A stretch of DNA of 64,000 bases from Eledone cirrhosa (taxonomy: Eukaryota), in contig OZ024742.1 of NCBI GenBank assembly GCA_964016885.1, forward strand, positions 229,834,001-229,898,000, in the 5' to 3' direction. The notes under the pieces were generated by a model that searched no databases, was not told the origin of the DNA, and saw nothing but the letters and a program-made list of their open reading frames with translations. Of the stretch, positions 42,017-55,444 are shown in pieces. The translations under genes were made by a program, and so were the position numbers. Position 1 is the stretch's first letter. Every line of letters begins with the position of its first letter.

Positions 42017-42137
42017 TTAAACGAAGCTATAAGTTATCGCCTCGTTTAAATGATTTGTCTTTGTGGTTAATTTATACTGTATATATTTTATCTAATGATT
42101 CTTTGGACTTACACACACACACACATATATATATATA

Positions 42138-42335
42138 TGAATAAAGTGGTCCTTCATCAGTGATCTTCCAACCATCATCGGTATTTCTTCGCTTTAAAGA
42201 CCATATACCTCCGGTTGGTGCGAGCAACGGCTAAAGAAAGTCATTAAAGCGAAGTAATACTGATGATGGTTGGAAGATCACTGATGAAGGACCACTTTAT
42301 TCATATGTAACCCATTTGCAACCACGCAGCACGTT
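42138..42335. repeat. Short inverted cassette in (TA)n; same family at about 46700-46795 and 47160-47320
   Basis: 42138-42198 mirrors 42244-42305. The block atcactgatgaaggac..ttattcatatgtaacccatttgcaacc is shared. Confidence 0.8.
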
Positions 42336-42484
42336 TATTATCATATATATATATATACTTAGGGTAAATATTGATGCAATTCAATTCAAGCACTCCACGT
42401 ACTTTTTCCACATAGGAGTGACGGAGTAAATATCGAATAAGTAAAAGCGAAGTAGTTCAGATGTTCAAGTCCTTTAATAATAAT

Positions 42485-42558
42485 GCTGTGATATATATTT
42501 CAATGGCGACACTGGCCACACTGTTCTGTGTGCGAGTGACGTGACATCATCAGACAGC
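42485..42558 (-). ncRNA. Type I hammerhead ribozyme within the inverted cassette 42435-43125
   Basis: GCTGT-CTGATGA-...-GAAA-TATATA-TC-ACAGC. Stem I is perfect, stem III is palindromic, the triplet is AUC and stem II is imperfect. Confidence 0.65.
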
Positions 42559-43123
42559 TTGTTACATAATAAGGTTATGTTTCCGAGGCAATCCAAGTTG
42601 AATCGACATGGGAACGGACGAAGCGTGTGCTTTTGGGTTCTTCATCCGTTCCCCTGTGAGTACCAATTCCCACCCCCCACCCCACCGGTCTGCGCAGGCG
42701 CATGTCCGAAGGAAGTTGACCATTAGCTACCGCCGATTTCAACGAAATTCGCTTAGTCAGTTCACTCTCTCAGCCAAACAATGACCCATTTAGGCCTGTA
42801 CCATAGTTTACTGCTTCCCGTCCCGTCTGTGGCAGTCAGCCGAAAGCCAGAGGGGATGGGAGAGTGTTTGTTTTTACAGGTCACAATACCATACCACCTC
42901 TCACCAAGCATGGACAGTACGACTGACCGTCAACTCCCAAGAGAAAATATACTTAATTCTAGGTATCATGGTTTTACAGGGTCGTCATTGAAATATATAT
43001 CACAGCATTATTATTAAAATAAAGTACCAGTAATGCACTGGTGATTGCTGGCTTTGTGCCTAAAGTAGAAACAATTATTATTAAAATACTTGAACATCTG
43101 AAACTACTTCGCTTTTACTTATT

Positions 43124-43179
<56 letters not shown>

Positions 43180-43187
<8 letters not shown>

Positions 43188-43646
43188 ATAATAATAAATG
43201 TTGTGACTAAAATCCGAAGGGGCTCGATAATGATAATATATATATATATAAAATATACAAAAACCGTAGAGCAAATATATATGTATATATATTGTATATG
43301 TACTGGCCTAAATCTTAACTAATATTACTTACTTTTTCGATGTTTGATAACCTCTGTCATTTTCAGTAAACAAATTTATTTACATTACTCTTAAACTCCG
43401 GAGAAACATTGGATTTCGTAAATAGAATATTAGTCTAATGACTCCATTTATATCATAAACGGGGTTTTGATCTTTTGTCTTTGCGTGAAATTACCTCGCT
43501 TTTTTTCCATCCATTGCCAGGGAACGTTTTCCTGTTGCAACGTTTTTCGAAATATTTACTTCTGCATCCACAATTGATTTTCTTAGTTTCAGAAGATCCC
43601 GTTAAGGGTGAAAGTAGCAATCTTTTGCTTAAACTTTAATCTGTTA

Positions 43647-43655
<9 letters not shown>
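43180..43655. mobile_element. Non-coding terminal piece of the 5.2-6.7 kb PLE family, in mixed orientation, within (TA)n
   Basis: 43183-43280 matches 5205-5305 directly, and about 43535-43652 is the reverse complement of about 5305-5425. Confidence 0.75.
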
Positions 43656-43703
<48 letters not shown>

Positions 43704-43779
43704 ACTTACACATAATATCTCATATAAATGTACGTATTAGTTTGACAGAAAGCACTCACCGTTTTTCAAAATCTTATTG

Positions 43780-44500
43780 ACTTAGGCGTTTTTTAAACTT
43801 TAGGAAAATAATGGCCATCATTTGCGATTACCGTCTACCATCGTTTAGAATGTCACATGATTCCATCCCCGTAGAATGATTTTCGCTTCGATGCAAACAA
43901 TTCTGTGAGCCATGATTTAACTGGTCTTCATTGGTGAAGGTCTTTTACTGCATAGCATTTCTCATTGAGAGAAGAATGTGATAGTCTGTCGGGATGAATA
44001 AGATGGATGACATAGAACCACCCAACCTAGCTCCAGAAACTTCACACGGATCCTCCTTGATGTATACAGCAGAGCGTTAACAGGAAAGAATTGAACAAGG
44101 TATGGTGTAAACGCACCAGTGTGATTTTCACCACTGTCTGTCGAGTTGTTGACATCAGACGCCAGAGGCTATACTGGTGTTCGGAGGCAGCAGTTCGTAG
44201 TTGATGGCACCATTCTAGTCCAATCAGATACTCAGTTGCGCCTTGCGATAGTTGAGGCCATCTTCTGATTGCTGTTCTAATGTCCCTAACTTATCAACTT
44301 ACCAGTGACAATGGAAAGTGACCGTGTGGTTGAGCGATGATAAGAGAGCAAAGAACTCGCGGCTGTTACCCGACATTCACAATCACAGCCAGTAAGATTG
44401 TGGGTTACCCATTAGTCTAGGTTGGTCACCTTCCATGTTGTATGCAAATGATTGAGGTTGGTTGTTTTTTTGATAGTTGTTAACTATATGATACAACTGA
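43780..44500 (-). mobile_element. Mariner-like transposase relic
   Basis: Minus strand gives D.NGAINYELLPPNTSI..CQQLDR and PTDYHILLSMRN-like remnants with frameshifts. Confidence 0.6.
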
Positions 44501-44869
44501 TCTATTTTAGTCGTTCTTGTATATAATCCGCCTGAATCGAGAATTTGACTTAAGTTTAATATGTATAATTACTTCTCTGAGTTGATAATGCATTACAGTA
44601 GTATATTCTATCCTTTAATTGAGACGTCACACACAATCGATTCATATATAAGGTATATCGATTAAGTTACTCAACAAATTTAGCTCAATTAACATTAAGT
44701 TCTCAGCATACATTATATAAATTCCATACAAAAAAAAAATGTACAATTTTGAGTTGATTCTTTATATGAGTGAGTACATTTATTATTATCATTATATATA
44801 TGTACATGATACTAGTTGTTTCTCAACTAGATATATGAAAGATACATATTTGTATATCGTTTGATTCTG

Positions 44870-44908
<39 letters not shown>

Positions 44909-44924
44909 TTATATGTATGTATGT

Positions 44925-45040
<116 letters not shown>

Positions 45041-45061
45041 ACATACATACATATAAACACA

Positions 45062-45155
<94 letters not shown>

Positions 45156-45201
45156 AAGTTCAATCGGAGGTAACCACAGTAAGTAAAGTACTCAATACAA
45201 A

Positions 45202-45253
45202 GCTTTCCTGATGATTTTTTCACGAATGAAACAGTTCTAGTCCTGCAGAAGCC
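45202..45253 (+). ncRNA. Hammerhead family A copy, triplet mutated to GCA
   Basis: CTGATGA..GAAA-CAG..CTG-CA-GAAGCC, in a cassette of about 120 bp between (TA)n tracts. Confidence 0.55.
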
Positions 45254-45854
45254 ATTTCTATATTAAATATATATATATATATATATAATGTGCGTGTACG
45301 TGTGAGAGTAAGTATGAATGTGTACAATCACACAGAATATAATATAATATTCAATATTATACACTCGTTCCCCCTATATGATGATTCACCTAAAGACTTT
45401 TCGCAGTTACAAGCATTTTGCACCTAAAGTTCTGTTAAATTAGTTTATTGATCCGAACTATCAAATATTACAGAAATTGTTTCCAACTAATGTAATTTGT
45501 ACCTGTACAAATTACGTTATTAATTTCAGAATTATTATTGAATATATTAATTATTAAATACTATATTTATTTTGATAGAAGTATTTTATTAATACTTTTG
45601 TTAGGCTAGTGTGTGTCATACCACAGTGCCTGTTATGGGTTTCACACTTTTAATTTCTTTCTTTTAGAATCCTCCAGCGGTTTCTTTCGAAAGTCTGAAA
45701 TTCCAGAAAGTGACGAGGAAAATCCTAATTATTATTAAGTAACGTGTTTCTTACCAATTTTAACAAGTGGAAATAATTCTAAATTGTTTTCGATATTCTT
45801 CATTAATTATATAAATTATTTGATTTAGAAACGAGTAGAAAGAATTTCAATTGT

Positions 45855-46076
45855 TATAATGGTTTCTTATATAGGCACAAGGCCAGTAATTTTGAGGGAG
45901 GGGAAATTCAATTGAATCGACCCCAGTGCGTGACTGGTAATTTATTTTATCGACCCCGGAAGGATGGAAGGCAAAGTTAATCTCGGTAGGATTTGAACTC
46001 AGATCATAAAGGGCCTTAACTCTATGCTGAAAAGCATGGTGTCCGAGCCTCTACCAATACTGCCAATCCACCGCCT
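45855..46076 (-). mobile_element. SINE S1 copy
   Basis: Shared core. Flanked by the direct repeat tttcaattgttataatgg, a probable target-site duplication. Confidence 0.85.
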
Positions 46077-46435
46077 TTCAATTGTTATAATGGGAGTAAA
46101 TTAGGAAAATATATTTCATTCCAAGCCTCCTTGCACTCATAATTCCTGATGGTGTTGTAGATGTGTCTTGAGTATTTGAAACCACATTCCCAGGTCTTAA
46201 CAAAAATCAGTCGAAACCACAGTTGGTCTAAAAGCTGATGAGAAAATTTACTGTTTGTGAGATCCCCTCTCATCTACTTCATCCCTTTCTCGTTTCTTCC
46301 TATAGCCTCTACTGGCCAACACTCTTCTAACCACTGATTTCTATCCTTTGAGGTAAATTTTACCCTACACCACCATTGACGGCATTTTAATGTTTTAATA
46401 GCTTTCTTGCGCCGAGTTCTTCTGATTACAATATG

Positions 46436-46540
<105 letters not shown>

Positions 46541-46614
46541 TTATCCAGGGTTCAAACGGGGGTTACCACACTAAATAAGGTACTCAATACATAGCAGAGT
46601 TTTAATATAGAAAT

Positions 46615-46665
46615 GGCTTCTACAGGACTAGAACTGTTTCATTTGGGAGAAATCATCAGGAAGCC
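46615..46665 (-). ncRNA. Type I hammerhead ribozyme (family A) followed by an inverted partial copy at 46665-46701
   Basis: Minus strand reads GGCTTC-CTGATGA-tttctcccaaat-GAAA-CAG ttctagtc CTG-TA-GAAGCC. Confidence 0.75.
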
Positions 46666-48504
46666 CTGATGATTTCTCCCGAATGAAACAGTTCTAGTCC
46701 TTAGGCTGGAAGATCACTGATAAAGGACTAAATTTATTCATATGTAACCCATTTGCAACCAAACCACGCAGCACGCCATGTTTTCATATTTTTCATATAT
46801 TTATATATTTTCCTCCGCTATGACCCGTCTGTTTCTTTCTTACTACTTCCCCTTTCTCTGTATCTCTCACTTCCTATTACCCCCTCTGTCAGTCACTCTC
46901 TCTGTTAGCCTCTTCCTCACACTTTCACTCACTCACTCTCTGCTACTCCATCTCCTATTTCCTCCCGTTTGACCTGTGCGAAATTCTTTCCTCACTCACA
47001 TTTCGACCAGGTCGAATGGTCTTTATTCTCTCTCGTCTACGATTTCCCAGAACTTATGTTCATCGATTTCAGGGACTTGACTCCTTCTTCCTCACTTTTC
47101 GTTGCATTACCATCTATGTTTGTTTACTGTCTCGCTCGTTCCCCCTATTTATGTGTCCCAACAACTTTCTTTAGCCGTTGCTCGCACCAGCCTGAGGTAT
47201 ATGGTCTTTAAAGCGATGAAATACCAATGAAGGCTGGAAAATCACTGATGAAGGACTAAATTTATTCATATGTAACCCATTTGCAACCACGCAGCACGCC
47301 ATGTTTTCATATTTTTCATATATATATATATATATATATATGCGTGTGTTTGTGTGTCGATAATATTAGAACGCCGCATGGTTTTCATATTATAGAGGGT
47401 ATACTGTACTTGATAATGATCAAAATGATGATGATTATTATTATGCTGATCGTCATGACGATGATGATGAAGATTATGTTGATAGTGATGATAATGAAGA
47501 TAATCGTTGTAGAGGTGGTGTTGGTTATGATGTTTGTTAATGATGATATATCTCCAATCTCATGTTTGTGAGGACAAGTTATTCCTATTTTTTCATTCAT
47601 AATCGGGTAGGATATTATATTTTCTCACATCACGTTAAGGCATCTGTCTTCTAGTTCCAGTTTGACGTAGATTATATATATTGGAAATAAGTGAAATGGA
47701 TCCCCACTGGTTTCGACGACGAGTGCTGATGTTGCTCAACGGAACGGACAGCTCTTGAAATTAATTTACCAGTGGCTGAGCATTCCACAGACATGTGTGC
47801 CCTTAGAATAATACTCACTGCGATACAGTATGCGATATGGCTGGACCTTTTGAATTACAAGTATAATCCATCCACCGGGATTCTAAACAGCTCCTCTCCA
47901 CCCAATATCAATCAGAAGGCTTGTGTCAACTCGTGGGTATGGCACATCACACATGGCCAACATGCCATGCACTTACAACAAATCTAAGACGTTATATTTT
48001 GAAAGCGAAGTTCCTCACCATTCATCCATCCTACGACGTTACATGTTTTTTATTTATTATTAAAAAATCTTCATGTACATGTTTATACATCTAGATATAA
48101 AATTTATTTTAATTCAAAATAAACATTACACTTTATGTTTATTTTGTTAAAGTTAGTTGTAAAAAAAATATTGTTGTTTTAATATATATTCGTAAGGTAT
48201 TAATAATTCATTTGATGTACTTCTTTGTTACTTTTCTTTCTGTTTCAAGAGATATTACGTAATGTTTGTTTATCATTATTATTAATGTAGATGGGGACGG
48301 TGGATGGGTCGGACAAAATGATTTGTAGCATTTAGTTTCCCCTTTCACGTTCTGAGTTCAATCTCACCATTTCCTCCTTTCGGTATCAATAAAATTAAGT
48401 AACAATATAGGACTTAGGTTAGTTTAATCGAGTTTACCCACTTCCCACATCCCCAAGAAATTTCTTGCATGGGTGCCTCAATTAGAAATCCTTATTATTG
48501 ATGT

Positions 48505-48735
48505 AGGATAGAGCGGTGGATTGGCAGTATCGGCAGAGCGTCGGACACCCTGCTTCGCTGCATAGAGTTACGGCCTTTTACGTTCTGAGCTCAAATCCCG
48601 CAGAGGTTAGCTTTGCCTTTAATCCTTAAGAGGTCGATAAAATAAAATACACCTCACGCACTGGGGTCGATTTAATCAACTTTCTCCTCCTCAAAAATGT
48701 CTGGGCTTGTGTCTAAATCAGAAACCATTATTATT
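48505..48735 (+). mobile_element. SINE S1 copy; further copies or fragments at about 48290-48500, 49840-50025, 53540-53680, 53760-53895, 54100-54230, 54465-54645 and 57340-57500
   Basis: ggattggcagtatcgg..gagctcaaatcccg..gtcgataaaataa..attattattg. Confidence 0.8.
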
Positions 48736-49529
48736 GATGTAGTTGATCCATTTGTTATATCCGTATAGTTATTCTTTTTAATGTTACTTTAATATATTCA
48801 TATTTACTGGATGCAGAATGGTGGAATGAGGAAGAGATCCGGTTCACAATCATTAGGTTACGCGATCAATCTAACTGTATGGTAAAATGTGAAAATGTCT
48901 TTTAATTTAATTTCGGTTCAACCTATGCGTCTTGGCAGAAGCTAGGTAGATCGAAACTGTTTGGAAATTTATTTAAAGGGCCAGCCTTGACCTATATTGT
49001 CACGCTGAATCTCCCTGAGAATAACGTTAAGGGCACACGTGTCTGTTGAATGAACAACCATGCATGTTAATTTCATGAGCAGAATGTTCGGTTGATCGAA
49101 CAACTGGAACACTCGCGTCCAAACAGACGGATGTCCATTCCATTTATTTCTCTCACTATATATTTTCCAATTGATTTATTTTTCATCTATGTTTGAAATA
49201 TTAAAACATCTTATCTGGCTCTCAGTATGCTCTTATTTTTTTTTCCTCATTAATTTTGGTGGGTTTAAGTATATTTATTAAGAAATAATTGTTATTACAT
49301 AGAAATATGAAACATTGGCAGGTGAAGTGGTATTGAATTGTGTGGTTTTGATGTTACGACGTTGGAAATATTTGTTAAAGATACAGAAATGTGTAAAAAA
49401 AAAAAAAAAAAAAAGCTATAGCCCCAACCATTATCCCCCTTTTCCTAAGTTTACTCCAAAAAACTAGACATCATTTCACCTCTCAAACATCGATCTACAT
49501 GCACATAGGGCCATTTGCATAACGGTCTT

Positions 49530-49840
49530 GCACATAATCTGTTTTGAAGAACGCGATCATTTGTTGGAAATGACTGACCTCGTTGGCCCTGTTGTATATC
49601 ATTATTTGCCTTGTCGAATATTTTTGAAGTAGTACCTTCATTATTATTTAACTAAGTAATGCACTGGGTAATTGCTGGCCTTGTGCCTAACGTAGAAACA
49701 ATTATTTAACTAAGTAATAATGAAGGTACTACTTCAAAAATATTCGACAAGGCAAATACTGATATACAACAGGACCATATCTTACGAAGTCAGTCGTTTC
49801 CAACCAACTGACCGTGTTCTTCAAAACTGATTATGTACAA
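49530..49840. repeat. Inverted duplication enclosing a SINE 3' fragment; degenerate HHR at about 49779-49830 (-)
   Basis: About 49530-49660 mirrors about 49705-49840. Minus strand reads TTGAAGA..GAAA-CGA..TCG-TA. Confidence 0.75.
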
Positions 49841-50672
49841 GGTGGATTGCCAGTACCGGTAGAGGGTCGGACGCCATGCTTTGCAACATAGAGTTACGGC
49901 CTTTTTACGGTCTGGGATCAAATCCCGCCAAAGGTTAACTTTGTCTTTCATCCTTACGGGGTCAATAAAATAAAGTGCACTGGGATAATTGCTGGCCGTG
50001 TGCCAAAAGTAGAAACAATTATTATTTAACTAAGTTGATGTTAGACCGTCCAGTAACTCATCTTGTAACAATTTATTTCTCTAATTACTAAGTTCGAATA
50101 ATAATTTATCGACCCCGAAATGATGAAAACCCAAAATGAACCTTATCATTGTTTTGGGGCCAATGCGGATTTTTTTTAATAACAGGTGAAACTTCACAAC
50201 CATAGTAAAATAAATAATGCACCTCGCTACATATGTATTGAGTGCTGTTACTCCTATTCACAAACTTAAGATTAATGGAATTATTAAGCGAGGTTCTTTC
50301 GTAACTATATCAAAGAAGGAAGAAAGAGATGAATCCAAATCTCAGGCAAGTAACACATTCTTATAGTTATTTTTATAATGGATGTTGACATTAGATAACG
50401 GAGTCGTTTATACACTATACATGCAATAAAAATAATGGTTTGATCAAGGAACATAATGTCAGTGATTATAGATCTGCTCAATATCGGATTACCCTGATCT
50501 CTAACGTCCCCATTGAGAGAATACGAACGCAGAACATTTCCGGTGGAACTGTATCCTCAAATATATATCTCTCGTAAGAATATATAATCAATATTGTTAT
50601 CAATAACATAAATATTTTGCATCAAATTATAACTTTTCCTTTACATTTGTTTAAAACGTGTAAGCTCCTCAT

Positions 50673-50767
<95 letters not shown>

Positions 50768-51283
50768 ACAGTCGTAAATTCACTTATGATTAAATCTCTA
50801 GGACAAATAATATGTAATGCATATTGTTATATTTATTACATACACAGATATATGATAAAGAGCTAACAGAGATATAGACATGAATATTTTGACAAATTGA
50901 TAGTTACGTAAATCATTTGTAATTCGATCCCATGCGCGCGCGCACGCATACACACACATACAAGCATACATACATCCATATATATATATATATGTGTGTA
51001 TATAGGTATCTACAAAGAAATATCTAAATATCTATCTATCTATACATATATATACACAAACATATATATATACACATATATATGCATACAAATATTCATA
51101 CATAGATATTTATATACATACCTAAATGCATATATACATACAAAACATACATGCATACATACATATATGCATACTTACAAACATACATACCTATGTACAT
51201 ACATAGACACATACATACATATTATATACATACATACATACATACCTATGTACATACATAGACACATACATATATATATATAC

Positions 51284-51374
<91 letters not shown>

Positions 51375-52386
51375 CTTACTCGTATGATATATGTAATATA
51401 TATGTTTATCAGTCGATGACATGTTTTAAACAGTAATTCCACATGAATCATAACATAAAATTGTAGATCAGTGAGAAACATCTTGTGTTAAAAACATCCA
51501 AATATGAAAACAAATCTTGTATCTTATGTTACTGAATTACATATTATTCGAGAGAAAATTATTGACGTCAAGTGACAAGTTATCAATTTAGAAGGAGTTA
51601 ATTATTGGACTACGAAATAAACAACCGCAATAAAGAATAGCTTTATTGGAATATAGGAAATGAAAAAAATATCAAAATATAGAATGCTAAAAATATATAG
51701 GAAACTCTGAATTTAAAGAAAATATGAAATGAAACATAAAATACAAATGATAAACAAAAATATTCTCAAATCTCATATTAAAATTTTTCGTTGACAGAGA
51801 ATGTAAGTGAGAGGGAGACAGAGAAGAGAAGGGGAGGGGGCACATTCAGGGAGAGAAGGTGAACGAAGTATATAGATAATCCAATCAATAGATCTGTAAG
51901 TATGGGTGTTTGTGTGTGAGAGATAGGGAGAAGGAGGGAGAAAGGATGGGAGAGAGAGGGTGAAAAGTGAGACAGGAACAGGTGTATTGTGTGACATTAG
52001 TATGTTTATATATATTTATACACGCAAACATCACACACACACACATATATATATATATACACAACAAACACACATCCACGCACACACACACACACACAGA
52101 CACACACACTCACATATATATAACATTTATCGATCGATTTTCGTCAAATCGGACCGAGGAAAAAATGTTTCCGTTGGTCTTTCCAATTGCTAATGCTATC
52201 TGTCGGTCGCAACTCCAGATAGAAGGAGCAACGTGAAATAAAGTGTCTTACTCAAGGACATAACGCATCGCCCGGTCCGGGAATCAAATTCACAAATTAA
52301 CGATTGCGAATCCAATTCTCTAACCAATCAGCCACACGCCTTCACATCTGTCCGATTTGACGAAAGTCGATCGACAAAAAAAAAGA

Positions 52387-52443
<57 letters not shown>

Positions 52444-52446
<3 letters not shown>

Positions 52447-53221
52447 TAAAAGTATGTGTTCCTACATGTAATTAATACACATAGGGACATAAGTATAGTC
52501 CGACCGTATGCCAGTGTGCTTCAATGGCAAGTTAATAAATTAACAAGCCAGAACATATAAAATCAAGGGAAAGTAAATAAAGAAACAAATTTAAAATAAA
52601 CTTCAAAAAATTCACTGTACTTACTATATGTGCCTTTACCACGGTTTCAGATCCCAAACAAATAAATAATCCAAACGGATTTCCATTGAGAAAAGATCAT
52701 CGTCAGAAGGCTTTTCTCTCGCGGAGAATATATAAAATTCTCGAGTTCAAATTACAAACTGGCGCCATACAAAACTGCCCAGAATGAGAGCTAATGAATG
52801 ATGAAACAATGTTCTCTAGTATCTTGTGCAAAGAGAGAAGGCAGGGTGGACAGGTCAATCTCTTGCTACTAAAAATAGCAGCCGTTCAAATGACCAAAGG
52901 TTTCTCTACCGTTGGAGAGAATAATAATAAAAGTATGTGTTCCTACAAGTAAATAATACACATAGAGGTACAGGTATAGTCCGACCGTATGCCAGTGAGG
53001 TTCAATGGCAAGTTAATAATTTAACAAGCCAGAACATATTAAATCAAGGGAAAGCAAATAAAGAAAAAAAATTAAAATACATTTCAAAAAATTCACTGTA
53101 CTTACTATATGTGCCTTTACCACGGTTTCAGATCCCAAACAAATAAATAATCCAAGCGGATTTCTATTGAGAAAGAGATCATCGTCAGAAAGCTATTCTC
53201 TCCTTCTGACGATGATCTCTT

Positions 53222-53230
<9 letters not shown>
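52444..53230 (-). mobile_element. Tandem units of about 275 bp, each with an HHR, plus a short inverted piece, inside (TA)n (PLE pseudo-LTR or retrozyme-like)
   Basis: 52444-52720 is repeated at 52924-53200, and 53196-53226 is an inverted copy of the unit end. Confidence 0.8.
52633..52710 (-). ncRNA. Type I hammerhead ribozyme; second copy at 53114-53192
   Basis: CCTT-CTGACGA-tGATC..GATCt-GAAA-CC gt GG-TA-AAGG, with a GUA triplet. Confidence 0.8.
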
Positions 53231-53272
<42 letters not shown>

Positions 53273-54320
53273 GGAGGGATAAAGAAGCAGAGAGAGAAGG
53301 AAAAGACACAAAGCGTGGAAAAGATAGGTTGAATAGTGAATTATTTAAAAGCTTTAACTATACACGTTTACAGACACACTGGTTAAATAAAAAAAATACG
53401 TTTAGCATTATCAGTGTGTCCTAGAAATATTCCATGTCTAAATTATAATACTTTTGGACATAAGTATTATGTATATGTTAACTCAACGTCGGTATGTACG
53501 CATATAAAAACTACTTTGATATATTTCCATTAGAGTATGCTGTCGACGAATTGGCAGAGATATTAGAATATTTGAATATTTTGCGGTGTTTTATCTCTGC
53601 ATTTACATTGTGCGTTGAAATTCTGCCTATGCTAAGTTTGTCTTTCATCCCTTAAAGGTCGATGATTAAGTACCAGTCAAGGGATGGATGGTTAGCAGAA
53701 AGCATAATGTAGCCTTGCTATGATCTCATTTGATCCTTCACTTTTGTATTAGGACATACAGTCCGCGAAATGGCAGAATTGTTTGGGTATGAGATAGAAT
53801 GCTTAGCGTTATTTCATCCGGGTCGTTGAGTTCAAATCCCACCGAGACAAAATATCTTTAATCCTTTCGGAGTCTATAAATAAAGTACCAATCCAGGTGT
53901 TAATAGATTGACAGAATAGTTGAATATGCGCAGAGATTGGGATTATTTGCGTCATCTATCGCTGCGCATGTCAACGGAAACGCTCTCACGCTTCTGCCAA
54001 GAGTTACGGTCATAAGTCATTATCAGCCATGGAAAGAGCAATAGATATAGAACGTCCTTAGTCTGATCAAAGGCTGTTATTGTATTAAGGTACGTACACG
54101 ACGAATCAGCTGAGGCCTAAAGGCTTCGAATGAAAATACTTTGCATTATTCATTCCACTCTCAGTATTCTTATTTCAAATCCCGTCGAGGTCACTTCGCT
54201 CTTAAATCTTACTGTGATCGATAAATACGTAATAGAACAATATTCTGTGGTCAATTTTCCTCACTTGTTTATATCTAACACTTTCTTCCTCCTTCGCTTT
54301 CTCTTTATGGCTCTGTGTGT

Positions 54321-54382
<62 letters not shown>

Positions 54383-54784
54383 GGAGTTCAGAAACATAGA
54401 TAGATGTAAGGAAAATAGACAATGTCTCGTTACAGAGAGGTGTTTTACTGACATTATGACAGGTTGGCAGTATCGGTAGAAGGTCGGACGCCATGCTTTG
54501 GCGCATAGGGTTACGGCCCTTGCCATTTTGAGTTCAAATCCCGCTGAGGTTAACTTTGTCTTTCATCCTTACGATCTCGATAAAATAAGGTACCAGTAAT
54601 TTACTGTGTAATTGGTGGCCTTGTGCCAAAAGTAGAAACAATTATGACGTGCGGTAAGAAGAAACCCGATGTGGTCAAACCTAGAGAATTCTATGAGCCG
54701 CGTGGTTGAAAATGCACTAAATACGGTGTATTTAAACAAGACACAATTGGAAATTGTTTGTGTGTATGTATGTATACATTTATG

Positions 54785-54830
<46 letters not shown>

Positions 54831-54956
54831 AAGTGTAATCTGAGTTTTTCGAATATTAATAACATAATTCGATTCGTTTGCAGTTATGCAAACAAGCCTC
54901 ATTTTAAAAAACCATATCAGTAGAATGAATCCTTCATTTCCTCTCTTGTGTTGGCA

Positions 54957-55010
54957 TGTAAACAGAACTGCAGAGACTAATGTTTCTGGGTATCACCCTT
55001 CATCAGTACA
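54957..55010 (-). ncRNA. Type I hammerhead ribozyme in the loop of the inverted cassette 54828-55180
   Basis: TGTA-CTGATGA-aGGGT gat ACCCa-GAAA-CA..TG-TT-TACA. Arms about 54830-54915 and 55095-55175. Confidence 0.75.
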
Positions 55011-55368
55011 GCTCACTGTTCACCTGCCAACTGTCAGAGCTAGTGAAAATATATGCTATTTTCTAAAATATACAGTGACTGATCAGCCTGACACGGTTTT
55101 ATAAATGAGGCTTGTTTGCATAATTGCAAACGAATCGAATGTTATTAATATTCAAAAAACTCAGATTATATTTATTGTATTCAGCCATGTAGAGCGAAAA
55201 TTTATATATATATATTAATATGTGTAGAAGTAAACACAGTAAACCCGTGTCTAAAATTACGAGGGTAGATTACACCACAAATGTTATATATCATTCAACC
55301 TGAATTATATGGGATGTTACAAGATTTCTTACAAGATTTCTCATACATACATATCAATAACCATTTAT

Positions 55369-55444
55369 CTCCCGGACAGACTAAAGATTTAATCTGTTTC
55401 GCCCTGAATGAATCGTGTTTGTAACAAGTAATCGTCAGCAGGAG
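55369..55444 (-). ncRNA. Type I hammerhead ribozyme in the tandem-plus-inverted cassette 55210-55900
   Basis: CTCCTG-CTGACGA-...-GAAA-CAGATTAAA/TTTAGTCTG-TC-CGGGAG, with a GUC triplet and a degenerate stem II. 55213-55340 is repeated at 55678-55798 and inverted at about 55800-55892. Confidence 0.7.
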
